Under the pieces are notes generated by a model. The model had not been told where the DNA came from and did not search any database. It was given only the letters and a program-made list of their open reading frames with translations. From the NCBI RefSeq assembly GCF_030028105.1, contig NC_092372.1, positions 125,473,492 to 125,537,491 of the forward strand: a stretch of 64,000 nt of DNA. Direction: 5' to 3'. This stretch comes from Mobula birostris (taxonomy: Eukaryota). Below are positions 1 to 13,614 of the stretch, piece by piece; position 1 is the stretch's first letter; each line of letters starts with the position of its first letter. The position numbers and the translations under genes were made by a program.

Positions 1-189
1 TTCTGCCGTGGACTCAGCGGCTGAAGAGCTGTTTCTGCATAATATTGCCCTCTCCGTAACTTAAAAAAGAAAAGTCCCCGGCTTGATTGGACAATGTCTC
101 AGTGACTGCAGAAGTAACAGATGCATCAATAAGTGATCTTTGGAAAGTCCCCAGGTTCTGGACCAATTCCAGCAGATTGAAACATGTCA

Positions 190-540
190 AATATACCTGC
201 TAGTTAAAGGGAGAATGGAAATAAACATTGAAATGTGAACCAGTTAGCCTGACACCCATTCTCAGCAAGATGTTTTAACTCATCTTTACAATCAGGTTCA
301 AAAATCATTTATAAACTCTAAGTGTGACTAGGCAGAATCAGCAAGGTTTTGAGAGGGGTAAATCAGGTTTGAAGAACCTATTAAGAAATTTTAACAAGTT
401 ATCTGGTACGGCAGAGAAGGCAAATCATTCCTAAAATGGGATTTTAGAAAGACATTTGACAAGCTTATTCCATCAAAGGGGCACTGAGGTTTTGATTGAG
501 ATAAAGGTTTAGTTAAAAGATAGAAAATAGAATGGGTCCT
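190..540 (+). mobile_element. Very old CR1 LINE RT fragment in the APOBEC2 intron
   Basis: Degenerate CR1-like phrases (ccagttagcctgaca, cagcaaggttttgagagggg, gacatttgacaag) with no open frame. Confidence 0.45.
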
Positions 541-640
541 CTACTTGTTGGTAAGCACTCACTATGTAAAATTGTTTATGGTTGAGGCAAAAGTCCTGTT
601 GTTTTCTTGGCAATAACATCTGCTCTTTTTTAAATTCCAG

Positions 641-1175
641 ACAGCAAATACCTTCTATTTTCTTCAAGTTCCAGTTCAAAAACGTAGAATACAGCTCAGG
701 AAGGAATAAGACATTTTTGTGCTATTCAGTGGAACAGCAAGGTGCAGATTGCCAGAAGATGCAAGGATACGTGGAGGACGAGCACACAAGTACGCATGCA
801 GAAGAGGCCTTCTTTGCAGAGGTCTTCAAGGAATGCAATGGCAGTTTGAAGTACTCCATCACTTGGCACGTCTCCTCCAGCCCTTGTGCAGCCTGCGCTT
901 CCAAAATTGCAGAATTCCTGAAGAAGAGCCCCAACGTCCGCCTCACCATCTTCATGGCTCGCTTGTTCATGTGGGAAGAGCCTGAGATCCAACAAGGTCT
1001 TCAGCTGCTGAAAGCTGCTGGTTGCCGACTGAAGATCATGAAGGCTCCTGAGTATAACTACTGCTGGAGCACTTACGTTGAAAATGAGGGGGAATCTTTC
1101 GTACCCTGGGAAGACCTACAGCCCAGCAGCTTGGCATATGAAGGGATTCTAAATGAAATTCTACAACGTGCCTAG
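641..1175 (+). CDS. APOBEC2: APOBEC2 cytidine-deaminase-family protein, large last coding exon (first exon lies upstream of the window)
   Basis: Acceptor ttttaaattccag ends at 640. Translation FKFQFKNVEYSSGRNKTFLCY...HAEEAFF...VSSSPCAACA...RLFMWEEPEIQ...PWED follows APOBEC2, with intact HAE and PCxxC zinc motifs. Stop TAG at 1173-1175; donor gtgagg at 1180. Confidence 0.96.
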
Positions 1176-1355
1176 AAGGGTGAGGCATTCTGACGTGTCC
1201 CCAAATTTGGTGGTTCCCACTGCCTGATGTTTTTATTGCCTCATTGTATGTTTGCTGTGAGCACTTATTAGTTTTTATTGATTTACACATGGGAAGGAAA
1301 GGTAAGAGTGACAGTGTCAATATTGAAAGTTTGGTTAACTCTATTGATTTATGCC

Positions 1356-1361
1356 AATAAA
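1356..1361 (+). promoter_or_regulatory. Possible polyadenylation signal for an unspliced APOBEC2 3' UTR
   Basis: AATAAA about 180 nt after the stop; further copies near 1708 and 1848. Confidence 0.3.
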
Positions 1362-2469
1362 ATTAGGGGTTCGAGGGAATGAGTCTTGGGATAACAATTC
1401 TGTCTCTGAGTCAGATAGGGAAGAATTTGGAAGTTTCTATGAGTGAAGACCAGAGCTCTAAATATAATTCATATTAATTGGGTGTTGGTGATCATCCCAT
1501 CTGTGTCTACAGCTTGTTGGGAGTCCATGGCATTCTCCAAAATGAAAGACAGCAACCTGGTGCAAAGGTAGTCATAGTTGTGGGGGTGGTGTTTGCTTTG
1601 TAATCTGTCAGACTATAAGTAAGTCTGCAAGACCTTTCAAGGACTAATGCAATGTTACAAAAAAAAAAGGGGAACAGAGATATTCTTTTGGTTCATAACA
1701 ATGATCAATAAATGTTTCACCAAACAGCCAACGTTAAATGGCTAGTTAGAAGCAGTTATGATGGGAAACATCTTGCAGTGTTTTGGAATAGTGCAGTCAT
1801 GTGCATGTCATGTTTCATATCCCAAACTCCCGATCATGGTTTGTGTCAATAAACAGGCAGACCAGGACACCTCTCAGAATTGTACCACAAGGGTAACAGA
1901 CACATGAACAAATGATAACTACAGGAATTAACAATGGATGATTGGAGAGCTTACAAACATAATTTCCCTAGTATACAATGTGAAATTGCATTAAGACTGA
2001 CAGGTGAGGGGTAATTGGAAAAGGGTGAAACAAATTAATCACTATTTTAAGATTATACTGGTTATTTATTTTCATAACCAATAATTTTGTCATTGTTCAT
2101 AGATATAAAATTTAGACTTGTAATAAAAATAGAAAACACTGGAAATACTCAGATCAAGCGCTATGTATCAAGGGAAAGTGTTCACATTAAAGAGCATACC
2201 CTTATAGTCATTTACTGTTGATAAATCTTTTAATAAAGTATTGACTTGAGACGCAATACTGATGTCTATAGCACTGCCACTGGTGGGATGCTCCACAATA
2301 TGCCATGGCATAGTTGTAATGTGTATGTCAAAATTTAAAATGGAGAAAAGGAATGTTAAAAGTGTGACAAAAACAGCAAGTGTTACAACAGGAAGTTAGA
2401 TGCTTTGGAAAGCAATGTGGATAAACTTTAGATTTTTAGTGCATTTTATGGAGATTTGGTAAAACAGTC

Positions 2470-5400
2470 ATACCATAGAACCATAGAAGCTACAGCACAG
2501 AAACAGGCCTTTTGGCCCTTCTTGGCTGTGCCGAACCATTTTCTGCCTAGTCCCACTGACCTGCACACGGACCATATCCCTCCATACACCTCCCATCCAT
2601 GTATCTGTCCAATTTATTCTCAAATGTTAAAAAAGAACCCGCATTTACCACCTCGTCTGGCAGCTCATTCCATACTCCCACCACTCTCCGGGTGAAGAAG
2701 CCCCCGCTAATGTTCCCTTTAAACTTTTCCCCCCTCACCCTTAACCCATGTCCTCTGGTTTTTTTCTCCCCTTGCCTCAGTGGAAAAAGCCTGCTTGCAT
2801 TCACTCTATCTATACCCATCATAATTTTATATACCTCTATCAAATCTCCCTTCATTCTTCTACGCTCCAGGGAATAAAGTCCTAACCTATTCAACCTTTC
2901 TCTGTAACTGAGTTTCTCAAGTCCAAGGAAACATCCTTGTAAAGCTTCTCTGCACTCTTTCAACCTTATTTACATCCTTCCTGTAATTTGGTGACCAAAA
3001 CTGAACACAATACTCCAGATTCGGCCTCACCAACGCCTTATACAACCTCATCATAACATTCCAGCTCTTATACTCAATACTTGGATTAATAAAGGCCAAT
3101 GTACCAAAATCTCTCTTTACGACCCTATCTACCTGTGATGACACTTTTAGGGAATTTTGTATCTGTATTCCCAGATCCCTCCGTTCCACTGCACTCCTCA
3201 GTGCCTTATCATTAACCCTGTATGTTCTACGTTGGTTTGTCCTTTCAACGTGCAATACCTCACACTTGTCAGTATTAAACTCCATCTGCCATTTTTCAGC
3301 CCATTTTTCCAGCTGGTCCAAGTCCCTCTGCAGGCTCTGAAAACCTTCCTCACTGTCTACTACACCTCCAATCTTTGTATCATCAACAAACTTGCTGATC
3401 CAATTTACCACATTATCATCCAGATCATTGATATAGATGATAAATAACAATGGACCCAGCACTGATCCCTGTGGCACACCACTAGTCACAGGCCTCCACT
3501 CAGAGAAGCAATTCTCTACCACCACTCTCTGGCTTCTTCCATTGAGCCAATGTCTAATCCAAATTACCACCTCTCCATGTATACCTAGTGACTGAATTTT
3601 CCTACTAACCTCCCATGCGGGACCTTGTCAAAGGCCTTACTGAAGTCCATGTAGACAATATCCACTGCCTTCCCTTCATCCACTTTCCTGGTAACCTCCT
3701 CGAAAAACTCCAACAGATTGGTCAAACATGACCTACCACGCACAAAGCCATGTTGACTCTCTCTAATAAGCCCCTGTCTATCCAAATGCTTGTAGATTCT
3801 GTCTCTTAGTACTCCCTCCAATAACTTACCTACTACTGATGTTAAACTCACCGGCCTATAATTTCCCGGATTAATTTTTGATCCTTTTTTAAACAACGGA
3901 ACAACATGAGCCACTCTCCAATCCTCCGGCACTTCACCCGTAGACAGTAACATTTTAAATATTTCTACCAGGGCCCCTGCAATTTAAACACTAGTCTCCT
4001 TCAAGGTCCGAGGGAACACTCTGTCAGGTCCCGGGGATTTATCCACTTTAATTTTCCTCAAGACAGCAAGCACCTCCTCCTTTTCAAACTGTACAGTTTC
4101 CATGGTCTCACTACTTGATTCCCTCAATTCCATAGATTTCATGCCGGCTTCCTTAGTAAGTACAGACGCAAAAAACCTATTTAAGATCTCCCCCATTTCC
4201 TTTGGTTCCGCACAAAGTTGACCACTCTGATCTTCAAGAGGACCAATTTTATCCCTTACAATCCTTTTGCTCTTAATATACTTGTAAAAGCTCTTTGGAT
4301 TATCCTGTACTTTGACTGCCAAGGCAACCTCATGTCTTCTTTTTGCCCTCCTGATTTCTTTCTTAAGTATTTTCTTGCACTTCTTATACTCAAGCACCTG
4401 ATTTACCCCCTGTTTCCTATACATTTCATAGAACTCCCTCTTCTTCTTTATCAGAGTTGCAATATCCCTTGAGAACCAAGGTTCCTTATTCCTATTCAAT
4501 TTGCCTTTAATCCTGACAGGAACATACAAACTCTGTACTCTCAAAATTTCCCCTTTGAAGGCTTCCCACCTACCAATGACATCTTTGCCGGAGAACAACC
4601 TGTCCCAATCCACGCTTTTTAGATCCTTTCTCATTTTTTCAAATTTGGCCTTCTTCCAGTTCAGAACCTCAACCCTAGGACCAGATCTATCCTTGTCCAT
4701 GATCAAATTGAAACCAATGGTGTTATGATCACTGGAACCAAAGTGCTCCCCTACACAGACTTCTGTCACTTGCCCTAATTTGTTTCCTAACAGGAGATTC
4801 AATATTGCATCACCTCTAGTTGGTCCCTCTATATACTGATTTAGAAAACTTTCCTGAACACATTTTACAAACTCTAAACCATCTAGACTCCTAACAGTAT
4901 GGGAGTCCCAATCAATGTATGGAAAATTAAAATCCCCTACCACCACAAGTTTATGTTTCCTGCAGTTGCCTGCTATCTCTCTGTAGATTTGCTCTTCTAA
5001 GTCTCGTCGACTATTGGGTGGTCTGTAATACAATCCCACTAATGTGGCCATACCTTTCCTGTTTCTCAGCTCCACACATAAGGACTCAGTAGACAAGCCC
5101 TCTAATCTGTCTTGTCTAAGCACTGCTGTAATATTTTCCCTAACAAGCGATGCTACTCCTCCACCTTTCATTCCTCTGCCTCGATCACATCTGAAACATT
5201 GGAACCCTGGAATATTAAGCTACCAGTTCTGCCCCTCCTGTAGCCAAGTTTCACTAATTGCTACAACATCACAATTCCACGTGTCAATCCACGCCCTCAA
5301 CTCATCTGCCTTCCCCGCAATACTCCTAGCATTGAAATATACACACCTCAGAAGATTTTTACCACCACTCACAACCTTTCTAACAGCGGATTTGCTTAAA

Positions 5401-6720
5401 CTTTCAATATCATTTATTTCCACCCCAGCCACACTGTCAGCTCTGGCACTCTGGTTCCCATCCCCCTGCAAATTTAGTTTAAAGCCTCCCCAATAGCACT
5501 AACAAACCTCCCTGAAAGGATATTGGTCCCCCTGTGGTTCAAGTGCAACCCGTCTCTCTTGTACAGGTCCCACCTGCCCCAGAAGAGGTCCCAATGATCC
5601 TGAAATCTGAAACCCTGCCCCCTACACCAGTTCCTCAGCCACTTGTTCCTCCTCCAGAGCATCCTATTCCTACCCTCACTGGCACCTAGCACAGGTAGCA
5701 ATCCTGAGATTACCACCCTCGAGGTCCTGCTTTTCAACTTCCTACCAAGCTCTCTATACTCACTCTCCAGGACCTCCTCACTCTTCCTTGCTATGTCATT
5801 GGTACCGATGTGCACCCCGACATCTGGCTGATCACCCTCCCACTTCAGAATGTCATGCAATCGATCAGAGACATCCTTGACCCTGGCACCTGGGAGGCAA
5901 CAAACCATCCTGGATTCTCTGTCAGGACCACAGAACCTCCTATCTGCACCTCTAACTATCGAGTCCCCTATCACTACCGCTCTCCTCTTTTTCCCCCTTC
6001 CCTTCTGCACTGCAGAGCCAGACCCAGTGCCAGAGATCCGGCTACTGCAGCTAGTCCCAGGTAAGTCATCCCCCCCCAACAGTATCCAATGCGGTATACT
6101 TGTTGTTGAGGGGAATTGCCACAGGGGAACCCTGCTCCGCCTGCCCTTTCCTCTTCCCTCGCCTGACAGTGACCCAATTTCCTGTCCTCTGCTCCTTTGG
6201 CGTAACTACCTCCCTGTAGCTACGATCTATAATCTCCTCATTCTCCCGAATGATCCGCAGGTCATCCAGCTCCAGCTCCAGTTCCCTAACGCGGTTTGTC
6301 AGGAGCTGCAGCTGGATGCACTTCCTGCAGGTCTCGTTGTCAGGGACACCGGAGGGCTCCCTGACTTCCCACATCCTGCAAGAGGAGCATTCCAACATCC
6401 TGCCTGGCATTCTCTCTGCACTAGACAATCTGAACAAAAAACTTACCGGAACCTACCCTGGCCGCTGCCTGTTCTCGCTGAAGCCTGTTGAGCCAAAGCC
6501 GTCCCACTCTGACTCAGTCCACTCCGACGATGGCCGCTACAACGATGGCCGCTGTATATGGTGGTCTGCTTTTTAAACCTTTGTGCGCTACGTCACGCGC
6601 CTGCGCAGTGCAGACCCTTCTCCCCGAGCAGTGTTTAAAAAAAATGACTTTTTCGACCCGAATCCTTCCGCTCACTTCTTCAGCTACTTGCTTCGACTGA
6701 AACAAGAACCGTTGAAATTT
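2470..6720 (-). mobile_element. Near-full-length CR1 LINE (5' UTR, ORF1, ORF2, microsatellite tail)
   Basis: ORF1 6437-5474 has CSSC..CRKC and a GDSIVRG/GTNDI esterase domain. ORF2 5471-2547 has APE endonuclease (YFNARS, VGDFN, SDH) and RT (PQGSVLGP, FVDD). Tail ccatagaaccatagaa on +; CpG-rich 5' end near 6500-6700. Confidence 0.93.
5474..6437 (-). pseudogene. CR1 ORF1 (zinc finger, coiled coil, SGNH/GDSL esterase) split by one frameshift
   Basis: ORFs 6066-6437 and 5474-6079 join at a G homopolymer (plus-strand C-run at about 6070-6077). Confidence 0.85.
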
Positions 6721-7078
6721 CCCCTTTTTAAACCTTTTACAGATTTGTCCTGCTCAGGTTCAAAACGGCTTTGAGCTGCATATGCAGGGTGCAGTAGTGA
6801 CGTATGCATTTATATTACAGGTGTAAATGTGATGGATTAAAGGCACCATCGGCGAGCAGACTAAAGAACATTAAAGTACGTTAACTTAAGTATGATTTTT
6901 TTTTCTAACAGGCTGACACCCCCCAGTGTGCATAATTTTGCAGGGATATTATAATTTAATAACAGCATCAGAGATGTTCATAACTATATTGAGAAGAGCG
7001 TCCTGATACTCTGCTCAGTGAGGTGGGTGCTCAATACTTATATGGGCGGGAACTAGGAGAAAGCAGTTCTTCTGCTGA

Positions 7079-10000
7079 CATAAATATAGAAACATAGAAA
7101 CATAGAAAATAGGTGCAAGAGTAGGCCATCCGGCCCTTCGAGCCTGCACCACCATTTATTATGATCATGGCTGATCATCCAACTCAGAACACCGCCCCAG
7201 CCTTCCCTCCATACCCCCTGATCCCCGTAGCCACAAGGGCCATATCTAACTCCCTCTTAAATATAGCCAATGAACTGGCCTCAACTGTTTCCTGTGGCAG
7301 AGAATTCCACAGATTCACCACTCTCTGTGTGAAGAAGTTTTTCCTAACCTCGGTCCTAAAAGGCTTCCCCTTTACCCTCAAACTGTGACCCCTCGTTTTG
7401 GACTTCCCCAACATCGGGAACAATCTTCCTGCATCTAGCCTGTCCAATCCCTTTAGGATTTTATACGTTTCAATCACATCCCCCCTCAATCTTCTAAATT
7501 CCAACGAGTACAAGCCTAGTTCATCCAGTCTTTCTTCATATGAAAGTCCTGCCATCCCAGGAATCAATCTGGTTAACCTTCTTTGTACTCCCTTTAAGGC
7601 AAGGATGTCTTTCCTCAGATTAGGAGACCAAAACTGCACACAATACTCCAGGTGTGGTCTCACCAAGGCCTTGTACAACTGCAGTAGTACCTCCCTGCTC
7701 CTGTACTCGAATCCTCTTGCTATAAATGCCAGCATACCATTCGCCTTTTTCACCGCCTGCTGTACCTGCATGCCCACTTTCAATGACTGGTGTATAATGA
7801 CACCCAGGTCTCGTTGCACCTCCCCTTTTCCTAATCGGCCACCATTCAGATAATAATCTGTTTTCCTATTTTTGCCACCAAAGTGGATAACTTCACATTT
7901 ATCCACATTAAATTGCATCTGCCATGAATTTTCCCACTCACCTAACCTATCCAAGTCACCCTGCATCCTCTCAGCATCCTTCTCACAGCTAACACTGCCA
8001 CCCAGCTTTGTGTCATCTGAAGTCTTGGAGATGCTGCATTTAATTCCCTCATCCAAGTCATTAATATATATTGTAAACAACTGAGGTCCCAGCACTGAGC
8101 CTTGCAGTACCCCACTAGTCACTGCCCGCCATTCTGAAAAGGTCCCGTTTATTCCCACTCTTTGCTTCCTGTCTGCTAACCAATTCTCTATCCACATCAA
8201 TACCTTAACCCCAATACCGTGTGCTTTAAGTTTGCACACTAATCTCCTGTGTGGGACCTTGTCAAAATCCTTTTGAAAATCCAAATATACCACATCCACT
8301 GGCTCTCCCCTATCCACTCTACTAGTTACATCCTCAAAAAATTCTATGAGATTCGTCAGACATGATTTTCCTTTAACAAATCCATGCTGACTTTGTCCGA
8401 TGATTTCATCGCTTTCCAAATGTACTGTTATCACATCTTTGATAACTGACTCCAGCAGTTTCCCCACCACCGACGTTAGGCTAACCGGTCTATAATGCCC
8501 CAGTTTCTCTCTCTCTCCTTTTTTAAAAAGTGGGGTTACATTAGCCACCCTCCAATCCTCAGGAACTAGTCCAGAATCTAACGAGTTTTGAAAAATTATC
8601 ACTAATGCATCCACTATTTCTTAGGCTACTTCCTTAAGCACTCTGGGATGCAGACCATCTGGCCCTGGGGATTTATCTGCCTTTAATTCCTTCAATTTAC
8701 CTAACATCACTTCCCTACTACATGTATTTCGCTCAGTTCCTCCATCTCACTGGACCCTCTGTCCCCTACTATTTCTGGAAGATTATGTATGTCCTCCTTA
8801 GTGAAGACAGAACCAAAGTAATTATTCAATTGGTCTGCCATGTCCTTGCTCCCCATAATCAATTCACCTGTTTCTGTCTGTAGGGGACCTACATTTGTCC
8901 TTACCAGTCTTTTCCTTTTTACATATCTATAAAAGCTTTTACAGTCAGTTTTTATGTTCCCTGCCAGTTTTCTCTCATAATCTTTTTTCCCCTTCCTAAT
9001 TAAGCCCTTTGTCCTCCTCTGCTGAACTCAGAATTTCTCCCAGTCCTCAGGTGAGCCACTTTTTCTGGCTAATATGTATGCTTCTTCTTTGGAATTGATA
9101 CTATCCTTAATTTCTCTTGTCAGCCACGGGTGCACTACCTTCCTTGATTTATTCTTTTGCCAAACTGGGATGAACAATTGTTGTAGTTCATCCATGCAAC
9201 CTTTAAATGCTTGCCATTGCATATCCACCGTCAATCCTTTAAATGTCATTTGCCAGTCTATCTTAGCTAATTCACGACTCATACCTTCAAAGTTACCCCT
9301 CTTTAAGTTCAGAACCTTTGTTTCTGAATTAACTATGTCACTCTCCATCTTAATGAAGAATTCCACCATATTATGGTCACTCCTACCCAAGGGGCCTCTC
9401 ACGACAAGATTGCTAATTAACCCTTCCTCATTACTCAAAACCCAGTCTAGAATAGCCTGCTCTCTAGTTGGTTCCTCGACATGTTGGTTCAAAAAACCAT
9501 CCCGCATACATTCCAAGAAATCCTCTTCCTCAGCACCTTTACCAATTTGGTTCACCCAATCTACATGTAGATTGAAGTCACCCATTTTAACTGCTGTTCC
9601 TTTATTGCACACATTTCTAATTTCCTGTTTAATACCATCTCTGACCTCACTACTACTGTTAGGTGGCCTGTACACAACTCCCACCAGCGTTTTCTGCCCC
9701 CTAGTGTTATGCAGCTCTACCCATATCGATTCCACATCTTCCCAGCTTATGTCCTTCCTTTCTATTGCATTAATCTCATCTTTAACCAGCAACACCACCC
9801 CACCTCCTTTTCTTTCATGTCTATCCCTCCTGAATATTGAATATCCCTGAACGTTGAGCTCCCATCCTTGGTCACCCTGGAGCCATGTCTCTGTGATCCC
9901 AACTATATCATAATCATTAATAACAATCTGCACTTTGAATTCATCCACCTTGTTACGAACGCTCCTTGCATTGACACACAAAGCCTTCAGGTGCTCTTTT

Positions 10001-10880
10001 ACAACTCTCTTAGCCCTTATACAATTATGTTGAAAAGTGGCCCTTTTTAATGCTTGCCCTGGATTTGTCAGTCTGCCACTTTTACTTTTCTACTTACTAC
10101 TTTTTGCTTCTACCCTCACTTTACACCCCTCTGTCTCTCTGCACTGGTTCCCATCCCCCTGTTGTGAACTAACCTCCTCACGCCTAGCCTCTTTAATTTG
10201 ATTCCCACCCCCCAACCATTCTAGTTTAAAGTCACCTCAGTAGCCCCCACTAATCTCCCTGCCAGGATATTGGTCCCCCTAGGATTCAAGTGTAACCCGT
10301 CCTTTTTGTACAGGTCACGCCTGCGCCAAAAGAGGTCCCAATGATCCAAAAACTTGAATCCCTGCCCCCTGCTCCAATCCCTCAGCCACGCATTTATCCT
10401 CCACCTCATTGCATTCCTACTCTCACTGTCGCGTGGCACAGGCAGTAATCCCGAGATTACTACCTTTGCGGTCCTTTTTCTCAACTCCCTTCCTAGCTCC
10501 CTATATTCTCCTTTCAGGACCTCTTCCCTTTTCCTACCTATGTCATTGGTACCTGTATGTACCACGACCTCTGGCTCCTCACTCTCCCACTTCAGGATAT
10601 CTTGAACATGATCAGAAATATCCCGGACCCTGGCACCAGGGAGGCAAACTACCATCCGGGTCTCTGGACTGCGTCCACAGAATCGTCTATCTGACCCCCT
10701 TACTATTGAGTCCCCTATCACAACTGCCCTCCTCTTCCTTGCCCTACCCTTCTGAGCTACACGGCTGGACTCTGTGCCGGAGGCACGGCCACTGTCACTT
10801 CCCCTGGGTAAGCTTTCCCCCCCAACAGTACTCAAACAGGAGTACCTGTTGTTAAGGGGCACAGCCACTGGAGTACTCTC
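7079..10880 (-). mobile_element. Second CR1 LINE of a different subfamily, 5'-truncated inside ORF1
   Basis: Esterase ORF1 C-half (10221-10880), APE domain (9028-9981), RT and C-terminus (7184-8614), tail catagaaacatagaaaacatag at about 7085-7110. Confidence 0.92.
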
Positions 10881-11605
10881 TAAAAAGTTACTGAATATTA
10901 CACAGTGGCCATATTTCACAAAAATACTTTTAAAAAATGCACTAACCAATTGAGCAGCTGTGACAACTCTTGAAATTCTGACAAAAAAAATGTCTTTGGT
11001 GCTATAGTTTCACGCTAGGTAAGTTGTACAAACAGAAAATATTGGCATGGTGAGTTTACAGCCCAAACATCTCCCCCCATATGAAAACTTTATGAATAAC
11101 GATTCTAAATTATTATATCAGGCCAGCTAGTGAAAGTCCATGAATTTGACCTTGTAAGACTCTCCCTCTATGTTCAACTGCACTTTGAATATACCATATG
11201 TTTTCCTCAAATAATCAGCTGTTAATTATTTTATGTATGTTTTCATTCTTGAAATATAGAAGTTCTTTTTGAAATTTGCTTACATTCACTCATTAAAATG
11301 TATTTGCTAAAGCCGGTGAGCTCACTTTCACCAGCATTTAATGTTTGCCATGTCTTGAAAGGCATCTAGTTTTCCTGCTGCATATTTTGAATGCAACCAA
11401 ATATTTAGAATCTCCTCAACACTTTCAATAGTATTCACAACAATTTTGGTAAAAATTGAGCTTAATGCGAAAACTGGCTTGATCCTACCCGCTCCCACTA
11501 TCTGTAAACACCAATCTTCCAACAAGGACTCTGCCACTTGACTGAGATCACCTACTTGTCCAGTGCCAACCATCTTGTTCCTGTTTTGCTGAACTTTATT
11601 TAAAC

Positions 11606-11685
11606 CAGGGGTTCCCAGCCTGGGGACCACGGACCCCTTGGTTAATGGTAAGGCTCCATGACATAAAAAAGTTTGGAAACCCCTA
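11606..11685. mobile_element. Short hAT-type MITE
   Basis: Imperfect TIRs caggggttccca / tggaaaccccta; no 8-bp TSD found. Confidence 0.55.
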
Positions 11686-12014
11686 TCGAAAGAGAGAATA
11701 ATAATATAGACTTATAAAGGATTAGCAATGACAAGAGAACTTAATTTTGGTTTTAAAGATGTGAATAAATTACATAGGAGCATCTACAGTTGGTACTTGT
11801 ATGGATTTCGGGAAGATCATTTGTTAAAATTGCTCACAGCAACCATTACAACAAACCCCACAGGACTGAGGGTGAATTATTGACTTAAGAGAAGACTGAA
11901 GATTATCTGGAAGAATGCAACCAGTCATGTCTTTGGGGGAATCTTTATTATGGTCTCAACTATTAACATATTTAGTAACAGGTTAAGTGCAATTTGCTGA
12001 TGACAAATGCAAGC

Positions 12015-12295
12015 AGGCTTTTTCCACTGAGGTTGGGTGAGAATACAACTAGAGGTGATAGGTTAAGAGGGAAAGGTGAAAATTTTAAGGGGAAACTACT
12101 TCACTCAGAGGGTCTTGGGAGTGTGAAATGAGCTGCCAACTCTATTTCAACATTTGAGAGAAGTTTGGATAAGATACATGGTTTGTAGGGGTATGGAGGG
12201 CTAGGGGCCTGGTGTAGGTCGATGGGAGCAGGCAGTTTAAATGGTTCGGCACAAACGGGCCTGTTTCTGCACTGTACTTTTCTCTGACTCTATGA
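12015..12295 (+). mobile_element. CR1 3' end fragment
   Basis: Typical CR1 C-terminal and 3' UTR text (ttcactcagaggg...gggcctgtttctgcactgtac...ctctatga). Confidence 0.7.
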
Positions 12296-13614
12296 TATAT
12301 GCTCTTGCTGGAAGCATTAAAACGTGGTATTAAAGGATTTACCAAACAGGTAAACTGTGGCAAATAAATTTTCATGCAAGCAACTTCAAAGTTATTCACA
12401 CTCAGTGTAAGTGTGCCCTGAATATTGATTGGTGGGTTACTTTCTTCGCTCTAAGAACCTTGGGTTCCTTTTAAATTAATGATGACTATGTCATAGACAT
12501 GGGAAATAATCAAAAAGCCGAATGGACTGCTACCTTGCCACACAGAATCTTCAGGACAATGTGAGCTTTAAATTCAGGATATATTCATTGAAAGTATACT
12601 TTGATCCGATGTCTCAATTACAAGATTTCACACAAAGATTTATTTTAAAAAAGATTCAGGAATGACGTGATTCTATTATTCCTGATATTAAATGAAACTG
12701 ACAGGAAAGCAACAAACTATTGTTTATTACTTTAGGGTTTTAGATTAGAGACGGGCTGAAAATGTGAGACTTCAAAAATGTATCTCTCACAGAATTGATA
12801 TTTCGCTGCTATATCTGCTGGCAATAAAAATTCATAACTGCCATTTTTTAGGATATAAAATGTATATAGGAATGTGGGTACATGTAATTTGGAGGTGCTA
12901 TGAGAAGGGACTGAGTACACGGCCCAGTTCATTGAATGCAAGCTCATTATTCGATTGGGTGGATTGAAGTTTTGTACTCAAGATATTCACTAAACAGGAC
13001 AAAGGAGAAACTTTTAATACTCATGCGTAAAAACGCAGAACCTGTTGGAAATACACAAGCGTTATCATGATTTACAATGGATAAAGGATAATAATTTGAA
13101 GCGAGACCATCTGAGCGAGATACGTGATGGTCTGTCCCGCGGCATCACAGTCTGACGTGCTGGAACTCGACGCCAGCAGTTTTAGCTGTTCCTTTCACGT
13201 AGACTTCTCACTCCATCAGAAGCAGCTATTTCTGTTTCACCTTAACTCTGGAAGATCTGCAGCCCTTTTGGTCCAAGGTTAAGGCTGTGCCTGACGGTTT
13301 GAAGTTGTGTATCTGTATTTTAAGAAGGTTTTAAATTCAATTGTTTAATATTTGTTCTGGTAATGCATAGTAAAGTTGAACCACTCGTCTCATCACGTCA
13401 AGTTAAGTCAGAGAATATACAGTACGTAGATCAAACTTCAGAATCAATGCCAGGCAACGAGAAGCAGCCTGTAATTGGTTATTATTTCAAAATCTTTAAC
13501 TTGGAAAATTAGGAATAAAACATTACATTCTATCATTATTTTAGATTGGATTCATAGAACACGGCAGCACAGAAACAGGCCATTTGGCCCATCTAGTCCG
13601 TGCTGAACCATTGG

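Noticed and set aside
582-640. N-terminal 20 aa of the 197-aa ORF (MRQKSCCFLG...)
   Set aside because: Intronic polypyrimidine tract with a non-ATG start; APOBEC2 similarity begins after the AG at 640
2456-10855. Many plus-strand ORFs of 60-260 aa
   Set aside because: Antisense shadows of CR1 ORF1/ORF2
11328-11630. 100-aa ORF as a complete gene
   Set aside because: It starts inside the hAT MITE; only the distal part is kept as a weak finding
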